64,000 nt of DNA from a bacterium (GCA_016124195.1 WGOE01000008.1:40682-104681); one strand, 5' to 3'. Shown: positions 10,252 through 19,585, counted from the first letter of the stretch. Notes: a model not told the origin generated them from the sequence alone. A program made the numbers and translations.

Positions 10252-12099
10252 TCAGGCCGGCGAACCGGCCTCAGAGCCCGGACCTTCGCCCGGCCGCAGC
10301 GTGAACCAGAAGGTTGTCATTCCGTCCGTCTCGCTGTCAAAGCCAATATCGCCGCCCATCTGTTCGACAATCTGCTTGGTGATGCTGAGCCCGAGGCCCG
10401 TACCGCCCGCCCGGCGTCCCGACACGCTTCCCGCCTGCGAGAAGGGCGTAAATATCCGGTCGCGGAACGACTCCGGGATGCCGGGGCCCATGTTGCTGAC
10501 CGTAACGCGGATGGCGCGGGCCAGCCGCTCGGCCCTGACCTCGACCACGGTGCCGGGCGTGGCGAATTTGGTGGCGTTGCTCAGCAGGTTCGCCATGACC
10601 TGGTGAAAGCGCTTGCGATCCACCATTCCGGTCATGGCCCGGTCGGCGATGGTCGAGGCATATTTCACCCGGTTGCGGTCGGCAGTGGCCATGTTCACCA
10701 GCAGAGTTTCCTCGACAAGGTTCGCCACGGGCAGCCGCGTCAGCGACAGGCGCATCTGCCGTGCCGAGAATTTCTGGAAGTCAAGGATGTCGTCGATCAG
10801 CTGGTGCAGGCGGTCGCCGTTGGTCTTGGCGATGAAAAGAAGCCGCTGGATCTCGTCGGGGAACTTGTTGTCATCATAATGGGCAAGCAGGGTCAGCGAA
10901 CCCAGAATTGCCGTCAACGGGGTTCGCAGCTCATGCGTGACGACCGACACGAATTCGGACTTCATCTGGTCCAGGCGACGCTGCTCGGTGATGTCGGCCA
11001 CCTGGGCGATGAAGTACATCGGCTGGCCATGAGGGTCGCGCACGAGGCTTGCGGCCAGGTGAACCCAGATGATCTCGCCATCCGCCCGGATATAGCGTTT
11101 GTCGATCCGGTAGGTCGATATCTCACCGGCCAAGAGAGCGCGGACATTGGACAGATCCCTCTCGAGGTCATCGGGATGGGTCACGCTCTGGAAATCGGAG
11201 GCGAGAAGCTCGGCTTCGTCATAGCCCAGAAGGCTGCAATAGGCAGGGTTGAGCCGCAACCACCGCCCGTCCAGCGCGACGATGGCCTTGCCGATCGAGG
11301 CGTGCTCGAAGGCCATGCGGAATTCCTCGAGGCTGATCAGCAGCGCCTCCTCGGTGTTCTTCCGTTCGGTGATGTCGGTCTGCGCGCCGACAAGCGTCGT
11401 GGGTTTGCCAGCCGCATCGCGCAGCGCCACGGCGATGTCGGTCTGCATCCAGCGCCATTGGGTACGGTCGCGCGACATCAGCCGATATTCGCAGCGCGCC
11501 CGCTCGGCCAGGTCTTCGCCGCACAGCCGGATCGGCTCCAGGGCGCCGGCAAGATCATCGGGATGGACCCGGCTGCGCCATTCCGCCTGCACGTCGATGT
11601 TCTCGGAAGGCTCAAGTTCCAGCAGCTTGCGCCAGATCGGCGAAACCGAGACCGCTTCGGTCCGCAGGTCATATTCGAAGACGCCGATGTTGGCGCCCTG
11701 GATGGCGTGGTCGGACCGGATCAGGTCGCGCTGCGCGATCCGCGCCAGTTCAGCCTCGGACGAATAGTCGCGCAGGATCGCACTGGTGCGGCGGTTGCCC
11801 GCGGGATCGACCCAATGCACCAGGTTAACCGCCAGCGCGTCATGGCGTTCCTGCGCATCGGAGATCTCCAGCTTGATCACCTTCGGCGGTGCCTGCGCCG
11901 CCTCGTCCCTCACGTCGGGCGCTACGGCCGGATCGATGGGCAAGACCGAAGCGATGGGGCGGCCGATCAGATCTTCGGGCGGGCGCTTCAGCAGGGTGGC
12001 GACAGACCGCGTGGTTTCGATGATCCGCCCTGTTTCGTCAAGCACCAGCACCGCAAGGCCCGCGGCCTCCAGGGCCATGTCGACCAGTGTTTCGGTCAT
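10252..12099 (-). CDS. PAS-domain sensor histidine kinase (cytoplasmic)
   Basis: 615 aa with several PAS-like repeats, H-box VVTHELRTPLTAILGS, and G-boxes GTGLGLSITKQIVEQMGG. No TM segment. ATGA overlap with the upstream regulator gene. Confidence 0.9.
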   Translation of the reverse strand: MTETLVDMALEAAGLAVLVLDETGRIIETTRSVATLLKRPPEDLIGRPIASVLPIDPAVAPDVRDEAAQAPPKVIKLEISDAQERHDALAVNLVHWVDPAGNRRTSAILRDYSSEAELARIAQRDLIRSDHAIQGANIGVFEYDLRTEAVSVSPIWRKLLELEPSENIDVQAEWRSRVHPDDLAGALEPIRLCGEDLAERARCEYRLMSRDRTQWRWMQTDIAVALRDAAGKPTTLVGAQTDITERKNTEEALLISLEEFRMAFEHASIGKAIVALDGRWLRLNPAYCSLLGYDEAELLASDFQSVTHPDDLERDLSNVRALLAGEISTYRIDKRYIRADGEIIWVHLAASLVRDPHGQPMYFIAQVADITEQRRLDQMKSEFVSVVTHELRTPLTAILGSLTLLAHYDDNKFPDEIQRLLFIAKTNGDRLHQLIDDILDFQKFSARQMRLSLTRLPVANLVEETLLVNMATADRNRVKYASTIADRAMTGMVDRKRFHQVMANLLSNATKFATPGTVVEVRAERLARAIRVTVSNMGPGIPESFRDRIFTPFSQAGSVSGRRAGGTGLGLSITKQIVEQMGGDIGFDSETDGMTTFWFTLRPGEGPGSEAGSPA

Positions 12100-13256
12100 G
12101 AATATCTCGTTGTACGGTCGCTCCCTGGCCGCCGCCCGATGCGCCGCCGCTCTGCATCGAAGCTAACCCGGCGGTCGGCCAAGGCAAGGGCGCTGGCAAA
12201 GGCGATCCGGGCGCGGTCGCTTCGTGACGCCTGCAGGCCGACCGCCTGGCCGACCGCAATCTCAAGCAGCGCAGCGCCCGGGACAGGGGAGTTGTCGCGC
12301 AGGTCGCTTGCCAGATCGGCGCGGATCGCTTCGCTGTCCGGCATCACGACCGCACTGGTCACCACGAGGAACCGCCCCTCGCCGGCATAGGCCATCAGGT
12401 GATGGCTTTTGGCAAAGACGCGGTCGATGGCCGCGGCCACCCGGGACAGCGTCGGCAGGAAGGTCGCGGGATCGGCGCGCTCGACCGTCGCGGGTGTGAC
12501 CGTGACGGCAAGCACATAGGCTCCGGCCAGATCCGCCCTCGACAGCCGGGCGACATAGCTGGACAGCGCAGCCGGGGCGATCAGCGAAGGCACCTCGCCC
12601 AAAGGCGCGGGCGGCACATTCAGGTCAAGGTCAGGCAGGCCATCGAACGTGCGCGAGACAAGCCGGGCCCGCGCGGTTTGCAGCCGAGTCGCGAAATCGA
12701 TGACGTCGAAAGGCTTGGTGGTGTAATCCGAGGCCCCGGCGCGGAAGGCGGCATTCAGGTATTCGATCTCTGTCATGCCGGTCAGCATGATGATCGGCAC
12801 ATCCGCATAGGCCGGCAGACGGCGGATCCGGGCGCACAGGTCGATCCCGTCGATTTCAGGCATGCGGATGTCCAGCAGGAGGCAGTCGAAGGGTCTCCGG
12901 GCGGCTTCGATCAAGGCCAGCGCCGCGCTGCCCGAAGCGGCCGTCGTGACCTCGGGAAAGCCGGCCGTCGCGGCGATCCGGGGCAGCAGTTCCAGGATGA
13001 AAGGGTCATCATCCACAGCCAGAATGCGCATCCCGTCCTGTCCGGGGGCATCATCGGTTGTGCCGCGCCGCGCCGGCTCTTGCCGTTCGGGCCGCAAGGC
13101 CGCGACCACGACCGTCGCAAGAAGGGCGAGGCTTCCGATCAAGGAATAGGCAAGAAGCCCCCACCACAAGGACCCGCCCTTGACCAGCACCACGACCAGT
13201 CCGATCAAACCGGCCAACAGTCCGACACATGCATAGGCGATTATCACGCAGCTCAC
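12096..13256 (-). CDS. membrane-anchored response regulator: 2 TM + REC + degenerate GGDEF-like domain
   Basis: GTG start at 13256 with GAGG upstream. The N-terminus VIIAYACVGLLAGLIGLVVVLV...LLAYSLIGSLALLATVVVAAL forms two hydrophobic helices. Then MRILAVDDDPFILE...LLDIRMPEIDG...TKPF (REC), followed by a paralogous C-terminal domain with AGEGRF in place of GGDEF. Confidence 0.8.
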   Translation of the reverse strand: MSCVIIAYACVGLLAGLIGLVVVLVKGGSLWWGLLAYSLIGSLALLATVVVAALRPERQEPARRGTTDDAPGQDGMRILAVDDDPFILELLPRIAATAGFPEVTTAASGSAALALIEAARRPFDCLLLDIRMPEIDGIDLCARIRRLPAYADVPIIMLTGMTEIEYLNAAFRAGASDYTTKPFDVIDFATRLQTARARLVSRTFDGLPDLDLNVPPAPLGEVPSLIAPAALSSYVARLSRADLAGAYVLAVTVTPATVERADPATFLPTLSRVAAAIDRVFAKSHHLMAYAGEGRFLVVTSAVVMPDSEAIRADLASDLRDNSPVPGAALLEIAVGQAVGLQASRSDRARIAFASALALADRRVSFDAERRRIGRRPGSDRTTRYS

Positions 13257-13457
13257 CCGACCTCATTGCCTCATGACAAGCGAGGCCACAGCCGGCCGCA
13301 TATTTCAAGGATAAAGTCGCAGGGCAAATGACAATCTCTTCCTCTTTGGCAAGACGCAGGCCTTACGATACGGGGGGTCAGACCGCGGCTTGCGGCGATC
13401 CAACCCCCCGCTGGCCGGAAGGCCAAAACCAGACCTGGGGCCCTGCGCCACGCCGGC

Positions 13458-14228
13458 CTAGGTCTGGTCGATCTGGTCGTAGGCAGACAGCGACAGCTTG
13501 CGCAGGGCATCGTGGGGCAGATCACCGACAAGGGCGCAGCCCAGCCGGTTGTCCACCCACCAAAAGCCTTGCGCCGCCCCGCTTTGGGCAAAACGGAACG
13601 CGGTCTCGACGCCGGCCGGCGCCGGCGCCACGTAAAGCGCAAGGCGTTGTCCAAGGTCATTTTCATACAGCATCAGCGCCGCCGTGCCCTGGCTGTCCGG
13701 CAAGACGCGGCCTCCCAGCAGGCGAAAGCCGTTGCCGGACAGGTCGGGCGGCGTGATCGGCCGTCCCACACGTTTGGAAAGCCAGCTTTCCAGATGGCTC
13801 GCCGCCGATGCGGGAACCTCGACCGGGTGGAGGACTTCGACCGAATAGGTCGCATAGGCGCGCATCGCTTCGGTCGCAAGATCGGCCTCGGCCGGGCCCG
13901 GCATCTGGTGCAGGGCCGCGAACCATCCGGCCACCGTACCAATGGCAAGAAACGCCATCGCCGCGGCGATCCGCTCGGGCCAGCGAAACCGCCAGCCGGG
14001 GGCGCGCGCCGCCGCGGCAAGCAGATCCTGATGCCGGGCCGGAACGGGTTCGTCGGCCAGGGGATTGTACAGCGTGGCAAGTGCAGCGTCCTGCCGGTCC
14101 CATTCCGCCAACCTTTCGCGCAAGGAGGGGTCGGCGGCCAGGAGGTCTGCCAGCTTCTCCCGGTCGGCGGGTTCGCCGTGGCGCAACCGGATCAGCGCCT
14201 CGTCGTCGATGGGAAGGTTGTCGCTCAT
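13458..14228 (-). CDS. anti-sigma factor (single-pass membrane protein)
   Basis: Immediately downstream of the ECF sigma gene. It has a cytoplasmic N-domain, one TM helix (IAAAMAFLAIGTVAGWFAAL) and a periplasmic C-domain. Start taken at ATG 14228 (MSDNLP), 4 nt after the sigma stop; the track start is 14249. Confidence 0.75.
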   Translation of the reverse strand: MSDNLPIDDEALIRLRHGEPADREKLADLLAADPSLRERLAEWDRQDAALATLYNPLADEPVPARHQDLLAAAARAPGWRFRWPERIAAAMAFLAIGTVAGWFAALHQMPGPAEADLATEAMRAYATYSVEVLHPVEVPASAASHLESWLSKRVGRPITPPDLSGNGFRLLGGRVLPDSQGTAALMLYENDLGQRLALYVAPAPAGVETAFRFAQSGAAQGFWWVDNRLGCALVGDLPHDALRKLSLSAYDQIDQT

Positions 14229-14232
14229 CTGC

Positions 14233-14736
14233 TCATTTCCGCTCCACAAGGTCTTGCGCGGGGGCGCGGCCTGTCATCCTGCGCAAGGTTTCACGTGCGC
14301 GTGCCAGGCGCGATGTCAAGGTGCCCTCCGGGATATCCAGAACCCGGGCCGCCTCGGCAAGCGACATGCCCTCGAGCGCCACCAGAAGCAGGGCGGCGCG
14401 CTGGTCGAAGGGCAGCCGGCCCATCGCGGCGTGAACCTCGCGCAGATCCAGATGCGCCTCCTGCCCGCCGCTGCGCGCCGGTTCAACGGTCGCGTCAAGC
14501 GGCACCAGCTGCGCCCGACCCTCGGCGCTGCGCCGCACGTCGCGGAACCGGTTCAGCAGGATGCGGAACAGCCAGGCACGGACCGGCCCGTCGCCGCGCC
14601 AAAGCGTGCGACGGGCCACCGCGCGTTCCAGACAGTCCTGGACCAGATCCTCTGCCCCCTCGCGGTCGCGCAGCAGGGCATGCGCATATCTGCGCAGCGC
14701 CGGGATGCAGGTTTCGATCTCGTCCAGAACGGTCAT
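14233..14736 (-). CDS. ECF-type RNA polymerase sigma-70 factor
   Basis: 167 aa. Region 2 is DLVQDCLERAV...WLFRILLNRFRDVRR; region 4 HTH is LEGMSLAEAARVLDIPEGTLTSRLARARETLR. Confidence 0.9.
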   Translation of the reverse strand: MTVLDEIETCIPALRRYAHALLRDREGAEDLVQDCLERAVARRTLWRGDGPVRAWLFRILLNRFRDVRRSAEGRAQLVPLDATVEPARSGGQEAHLDLREVHAAMGRLPFDQRAALLLVALEGMSLAEAARVLDIPEGTLTSRLARARETLRRMTGRAPAQDLVERK

Positions 14737-14745
14737 GCCGATGCG

Positions 14746-15138
14746 TCACTTGGTCGGTTTGGCCGCATGCCAGACCCCGTTCATGCCGTCGCCCGTCACA
14801 TCGCCCGCGGCGGCATCCTTTTTCCACAGGTACAGCGGCTTGCCGTAGTAGGTCCACTGCATCGTGCCATCAGTCCGCTTGATCATGCCGAAATCGTCAT
14901 CGGCCTTGGCATCGGCCGGCGCCAGCAGGGGCGGCCAGTTGGCGGCGCATTTGTCGTAGCAGGCCGAGGCACCGCCGCTGTCCTTGTCGAAGGTGTAAAG
15001 CGTCATGCCCTTGGAATCGGTCAGAACCTCGCCAATCGCGCTTTTGCCGGTCATGATGCCGGTGTCCGCGAAGGACGCGGCGCCTGACAGTGCCAATGCG
15101 GCCAGCGTCATCGGGATCGCAAATCGTATCGTCTTCAT
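14746..15138 (-). CDS. secreted COG4315-like protein (Yx(FWY)xxD repeat lipoprotein family)
   Basis: ATG 15138 with AGGAGAG 7 nt upstream. Signal peptide MKTIRFAIPMTLAALALSGAASFA. Repeated motifs LYTFDKD and LYLWKKD plus the CYDKCAANWPP block. The 245-aa track version is an upstream extension. Confidence 0.8.
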   Translation of the reverse strand: MKTIRFAIPMTLAALALSGAASFADTGIMTGKSAIGEVLTDSKGMTLYTFDKDSGGASACYDKCAANWPPLLAPADAKADDDFGMIKRTDGTMQWTYYGKPLYLWKKDAAAGDVTGDGMNGVWHAAKPTK

Positions 15139-15496
15139 GTCAAACTCTCCTGTTGCCTCGCCCAAGGCGGGGATGGCCTCCTGTGCGGCAATCGGCGCAC
15201 AGTCAGATGACGAGGCCGCCGCAGGTTCCGTCCCGACGTCCGAGGATATCACGAAAACGTGATCTGGCCCGCCTGCGAGGGCTGGCCGGGGCACCAGGCC
15301 CGACACCCGGATGGCCGCCGCAAACTGCGGCCTCGGCAGGGCGGGGCCGCGTCGGGCCCAGCGCCTTGCCGCAGAGGCAGGCCTGGCAGATCGCCCGCAG
15401 GCCCACGGCCCGCCGGTGCAATGCCCAGCAGGCCGCGCTTCCGGTCGGTCGGGGCCGGTCCTGCCTTGCGCTCTGATGGGCAAGGCGGCCTCAGCC

Positions 15497-16423
15497 TTAC
15501 AGAAGCGCGCCGCCCGCGTAATACCAGTCGAGCGCCGCCGGATCGGTGCAGATCTGTCCGCCCCTTTCGCGCAGGTGACGCGAGATTTCCTCTGTCATGC
15601 CATCGGCCTCGGCCTCGCCGGCCTCGCCCTTGCGGATCATGGCGCCGGAGTTGAGGATCGGAACCGCGCCGACCGTCCTCGCCTCGAACTTCTCTTCGTG
15701 CCGCTTCATCCAGGGAAACGAGGTATATTCCAGAATGGCCGGCCACTGCTCTGCCGCGGGTTTGACCCCGAGGAACTCCGCGATCTTGCGGATCGAGGCT
15801 TCGTGGCGCGCCTTCATGTCGGAGTAATGCAGGAACAGCACATTCCCGGCGTGGCGCAGCGGCCACCAGGCAGCAAGAAAGCCAAAGAGCATGCCCTGCA
15901 TCCCGTGACCGTCGATCACATCCCTGTAGAACGAGGCGAAGTCTGGCCGGCACATCGCGGCGCGCGGCATCTGCCACAGGTCGAACCAGTCATCCGAGTG
16001 CTGGGCCAGAAAGGGGCGAAACGACACCAGCGCCTCTTCGGGATTGCGAAAGACGACGATGTATTTCACATCCGCCCCGGCGCCCGCCGGAATATAGGGC
16101 ACCTGCGGCGGGGCGGAATGGGTCTTGAAGGCCCGGCGCCGCGTGGCGGGCATCGCCTCCACCCGGTCCAGCACCTCTTGGTGCGGCTGGCCGGGGCGAC
16201 CCAGAAACTCGATCCAGGGGACCTCGGCATAGATATCGGCGAAATCGGCCGTCCCGCAGGACAGAAGCTGATGGACAATGTTCATGGTCCAGGTGGTGCC
16301 GCTCTTGGCGGGAACCGAGATCACGACATCCCCGTCACGCCATTTGATGCCCTGCTGGATCTGCGGCTGGATCCACGGCGGTCCGGCTGGCGGTGCTGCG
16401 GTGTCAGAGGCATCGCTACTCAC
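15497..16423 (-). CDS. sulfotransferase family protein (PAPS-dependent type)
   Basis: 5'-PSB loop VISVPAKSGTTWTMNIV and the downstream RNP..ALVS region. The start is uncertain: GTG 16423 is preceded by GGGGAGA, while the longest ORF starts at 16534 with an Arg-rich extension. Confidence 0.75.
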   Translation of the reverse strand: MSSDASDTAAPPAGPPWIQPQIQQGIKWRDGDVVISVPAKSGTTWTMNIVHQLLSCGTADFADIYAEVPWIEFLGRPGQPHQEVLDRVEAMPATRRRAFKTHSAPPQVPYIPAGAGADVKYIVVFRNPEEALVSFRPFLAQHSDDWFDLWQMPRAAMCRPDFASFYRDVIDGHGMQGMLFGFLAAWWPLRHAGNVLFLHYSDMKARHEASIRKIAEFLGVKPAAEQWPAILEYTSFPWMKRHEEKFEARTVGAVPILNSGAMIRKGEAGEAEADGMTEEISRHLRERGGQICTDPAALDWYYAGGALL

Positions 16424-16626
16424 GTCGTCAATCTCCCCGAGCCGGAAAGCCGCACGGTGCCCCGAAGGCCGCCATGCCGTCCGATCCCGTGCGACATACG
16501 ATGGGACTGCGCGCCGGCGGGCCAGACGAAACACCGTGTCAGGTTACGCGGCACGCCGGCCCGCTGGCAAGCCCTCCCGGGCAAGCCTGCGGCAAGGGCG
16601 CGATGCCCTTCAGCGCGGGACGGCGT

Positions 16627-17268
16627 TCAGCGCGCCGCCCAAAGCGCACCACGGCGAAAGATCGTGCGCATCTGCGGCACCTCGAATTCATGCGCCTTGT
16701 GACCGAGCGAGGAATAGAACACCCGCCCCTGACCATAGCGCCGCTTCCAGACCACCGGCATCACCACGCCCCGCGTCCATGCCGCGTGTTCGCCGCTGAA
16801 GGTCGTGGCGGCCAGCACGTCGTTCGAGGGATCGACGTGCATATAATATTGTTCCGAGGTATATGGAAAATCGCTGATCCCTTCCATCACCGGATCGTCG
16901 GGCCGGGTGATGTTGACCTCGTAGTCGATGACATTGCCCGGATGAGCGACCCATTGGCCACCGATGATGAACTGATAATCGACCGAATCGCGGAACGAAT
17001 CCCCTGCCCCGCCGTGATAGCCGGCGATGCCGACCCCGCCCTCAACCGCCGCGGCAAGGTTCCTGACCTCTTCCTTCTCGATCTTGGACATGGTCACGAT
17101 CGGCACGATCAGGTTCAGGTCCCGGATCGAGGGGTCCGCGAAGGCCTCGGTCGAGCGTTCGACATAGACCTTGAAATCCTCGGCCTCCAGCATGTCCTTT
17201 ATGATGGCCGCGCAGGCTTCGGGTTCGTGCCCGTCCCAGCCGCCCCAGACGATCAAAGCCTCACGCAT
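16627..17268 (-). CDS. ThuA domain-containing protein
   Basis: MREALIVWGGWDGHEP...GIAGYHGG...FIIGGQWVAHPG is typical of ThuA (class I glutamine-amidotransferase-like fold). AGGAGA lies 6 nt upstream of ATG 17268. Confidence 0.85.
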   Translation of the reverse strand: MREALIVWGGWDGHEPEACAAIIKDMLEAEDFKVYVERSTEAFADPSIRDLNLIVPIVTMSKIEKEEVRNLAAAVEGGVGIAGYHGGAGDSFRDSVDYQFIIGGQWVAHPGNVIDYEVNITRPDDPVMEGISDFPYTSEQYYMHVDPSNDVLAATTFSGEHAAWTRGVVMPVVWKRRYGQGRVFYSSLGHKAHEFEVPQMRTIFRRGALWAAR

Positions 17269-17282
17269 CGCAGTCTCCTGTG

Positions 17283-18383
17283 TCATCGGGCCAACTGGCC
17301 CCGGTCCACCGACTGGGCCAGCGGCGCCGGCCGGTCGGTCAAAGTGGTGATCGCCACGACGCGGCGCTGGTCCGAGGCGGTCTGGAAGGCCTCCATCACC
17401 TCAAGCACATGCAGCGCCAGGTCGCCAGAGGCGCGGTGCGGGCGATCCGAACGCAGGGCATGCGCCATGTCCGCCACGCCAAGCGAGCGGAAATTGCCAT
17501 CGGCATAGGGCAGATCGATGGGCCGCTCCTGCCAGGCGCCGCCGGTCCGCAAGACCTCGACCGGGCCGCCGAAGCGGTTGGGATCGGGGACCTGGATGGC
17601 GCCTTCGGTGCCGTAAAGCTCGATCGGGGGGTGCTTGTGGCCCGGCACGTCAAAGCTCATCGCGACCTGAACCAGCGCGCCCGTGGCAAAGCGCAGGGTG
17701 CCTGCGACATGGGTGGCCACATGCACCGGGATGGTCTGACCGCTGCGCGGTTGGCTGGTGATGGTGCGCGTGGCGCGCGGCATGGCGGCAAAGCCCGCGA
17801 CCTCGGCCACCGGGCCCAAAAGGTTCACCAGCGCCGTGATGTAATAGGGCCCCATGTCCAGCATCGGACCGCCGCCGGGTTCATAGTAGAAATCGGGATT
17901 GGGGTGCCAGCTCTCGTGCCCGGGGTTCATGAAATTGGCTGTCCCGCCGACCGGCGCGCCGATCTCGCCCGCATCCACGATGGCGCGCACGGTCTGCTGG
18001 CCGCCGCCCAGAAAGGTATCGGGCGCCGCCCCGATGCGCAGGCCCTTCGCTGCGGCCGCCCGGGCCAGCCGGCTGCCTTCGGCAAAGGTGATGCCCAAGG
18101 GCTTTTCCGAATAGGTGTGCTTGCCCGCCTCAAGCGCGCGCAGGCCAACCGCGACATGCGCCTTGGGCACCGTCAGGTTGACGATGATCTGCACGTTGGG
18201 ATCGGCGAAAAGCGCGTCCAGATCCTGCACCGGCACCGCGAATTCGGCCGCCCGCGCCCGGGCCAGATCCGCGTTCAGATCGGCCACGCCGCGGATGTCG
18301 AGGATGGGAAACCCCCGCATCGCCGTCAGATAAGCGCCCGAGATATTGCCGCAGCCGACGATCCCTATTCCGACCTTTTCCAT
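17283..18383 (-). CDS. Gfo/Idh/MocA family oxidoreductase
   Basis: N-terminal Rossmann motif VGIGIVGCGNISGAYL and the EKPL motif (HTYSEKPL). 366 aa. Confidence 0.9.
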   Translation of the reverse strand: MEKVGIGIVGCGNISGAYLTAMRGFPILDIRGVADLNADLARARAAEFAVPVQDLDALFADPNVQIIVNLTVPKAHVAVGLRALEAGKHTYSEKPLGITFAEGSRLARAAAAKGLRIGAAPDTFLGGGQQTVRAIVDAGEIGAPVGGTANFMNPGHESWHPNPDFYYEPGGGPMLDMGPYYITALVNLLGPVAEVAGFAAMPRATRTITSQPRSGQTIPVHVATHVAGTLRFATGALVQVAMSFDVPGHKHPPIELYGTEGAIQVPDPNRFGGPVEVLRTGGAWQERPIDLPYADGNFRSLGVADMAHALRSDRPHRASGDLALHVLEVMEAFQTASDQRRVVAITTLTDRPAPLAQSVDRGQLAR

Positions 18384-19585
18384 CCGCCCTCCCCTCGGCC
18401 GGGATCTCCGGCCGGCATTTCATAGATCTCATGCAGCGCCAGCGCGGCGGCCCCCTGCGCCCAGAACGCATCTTCGGCCATGTCGAACACCAGTTCGGTG
18501 ACGCCGGTCAGCGACGGCGGTACGGCCTTGGCATAGGCAGCGCTCAGGCGATCCAGAAAGACCCGGCCGAGCGCCAGGCTCGAGCCCACGACAATGACGC
18601 GGGGCGGCGCGAACAGCGTCACGACGTTGGCCAGTGTCAGCCCCACCGCATCGGCCGCGTGCAGGGCGGCACTTTGCAGGCGGTCGTCACGGTCCAGCCG
18701 GGTCTGCGTCTCGTTCATCCCGCGGCCCGGGCTGATCGCGTCGGCCAGACGTCCCTTGGTCGGCGGGCCCTTCAGGATCGCCGCCGCGCCGGCCAGATCG
18801 GACAGCCGGCGCATCCCGTCCGGGCCAAGGCCCAGAACCAGATCGCCCAGGTTGTGACTGAGCCCGCCGGCCCCGCGAAAGAGCCGCCCGCCGTTCAGAA
18901 CCCCAAGCCCCAGCGTGCGTTCCAGCGACACCACCACCACATCGTCCAGACCGCGCGCAAGGCCGAACCAGTGATGCGCCAGCGTGATGGCATGGGCGTC
19001 GCTTTCCACCAGCGTCGGAATCCCCAGCCGCACCGACATCGCCGCGGCAAAATCGAGGTTGGGCTCGTGGAAGATCGCCGAAGACCGGATGTTGCCGGTG
19101 CGGTATTCGATGACACAGGGCAAGGCGAGGCAAAGCTTGTGCACGTCGCCAAGCCCCAGACCGGCATCGGCGATACACTGGCGCACACCGTCCTCGATCA
19201 GATCCGCGATCACCCCGGCCGGCTGGCGGTCGATGCGGATCGGCAGGGCAAGCCTGGACAGAACCGCGCCGCAAAAGTCGGTCACGGCAAAGGTCATCCG
19301 GTCGGCAGCGATCTTTGCGCCGACCACGCGCAGCGCGTCGGGGTTGAGTTCCAGCATCACCCGGGGCCTGCCGCGCGCCGCCTCGGTGCGGATGTCGCCC
19401 AAGTGGCGCGGCAGGACCAGCCCGTCCTCGATCAGGGCCGCGGTGATCGCCGAAACCGTGGTGGTGGACAGTTCGGTGGCCTCGCTGATCTCGATTCGGG
19501 CGATCGGGCCCCGCCTGCGGATCGTATCCAGCACGCTCAACCGGTTGATGGCGCGCATCATTTCTGGGTCCGCGCTTTTCATCAT
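18365..19585 (-). CDS. ROK family transcriptional regulator
   Basis: 406 aa. N-terminal wHTH (INRLSVLDTIRRRGPIARIEISEATELSTTTVSAITAALIEDGLV) followed by a sugar-kinase-like ROK body. Overlaps the next gene by 19 nt. Confidence 0.85.
   Translation of the reverse strand: MMKSADPEMMRAINRLSVLDTIRRRGPIARIEISEATELSTTTVSAITAALIEDGLVLPRHLGDIRTEAARGRPRVMLELNPDALRVVGAKIAADRMTFAVTDFCGAVLSRLALPIRIDRQPAGVIADLIEDGVRQCIADAGLGLGDVHKLCLALPCVIEYRTGNIRSSAIFHEPNLDFAAAMSVRLGIPTLVESDAHAITLAHHWFGLARGLDDVVVVSLERTLGLGVLNGGRLFRGAGGLSHNLGDLVLGLGPDGMRRLSDLAGAAAILKGPPTKGRLADAISPGRGMNETQTRLDRDDRLQSAALHAADAVGLTLANVVTLFAPPRVIVVGSSLALGRVFLDRLSAAYAKAVPPSLTGVTELVFDMAEDAFWAQGAAALALHEIYEMPAGDPGRGEGGWKRSE

Noticed and set aside
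10254-10271. GC-rich hairpin (AGGCCGG-CGAA-CCGGCCT) between the convergent regulator and kinase genes, considered as a bidirectional terminator.
   Set aside because: It lies inside the 3' end of the kinase coding sequence and has no U-tract on either strand. It may still act as a terminator, but the sequence alone does not support the call.
15209-15229. An ECF-type promoter (GGAAC ... CGTC) upstream of the COG4315/sigma operon on the minus strand.
   Set aside because: The spacing between GGAAC and CGTC is only about 12 nt, against the roughly 16-17 nt expected. I cannot support it as a promoter.
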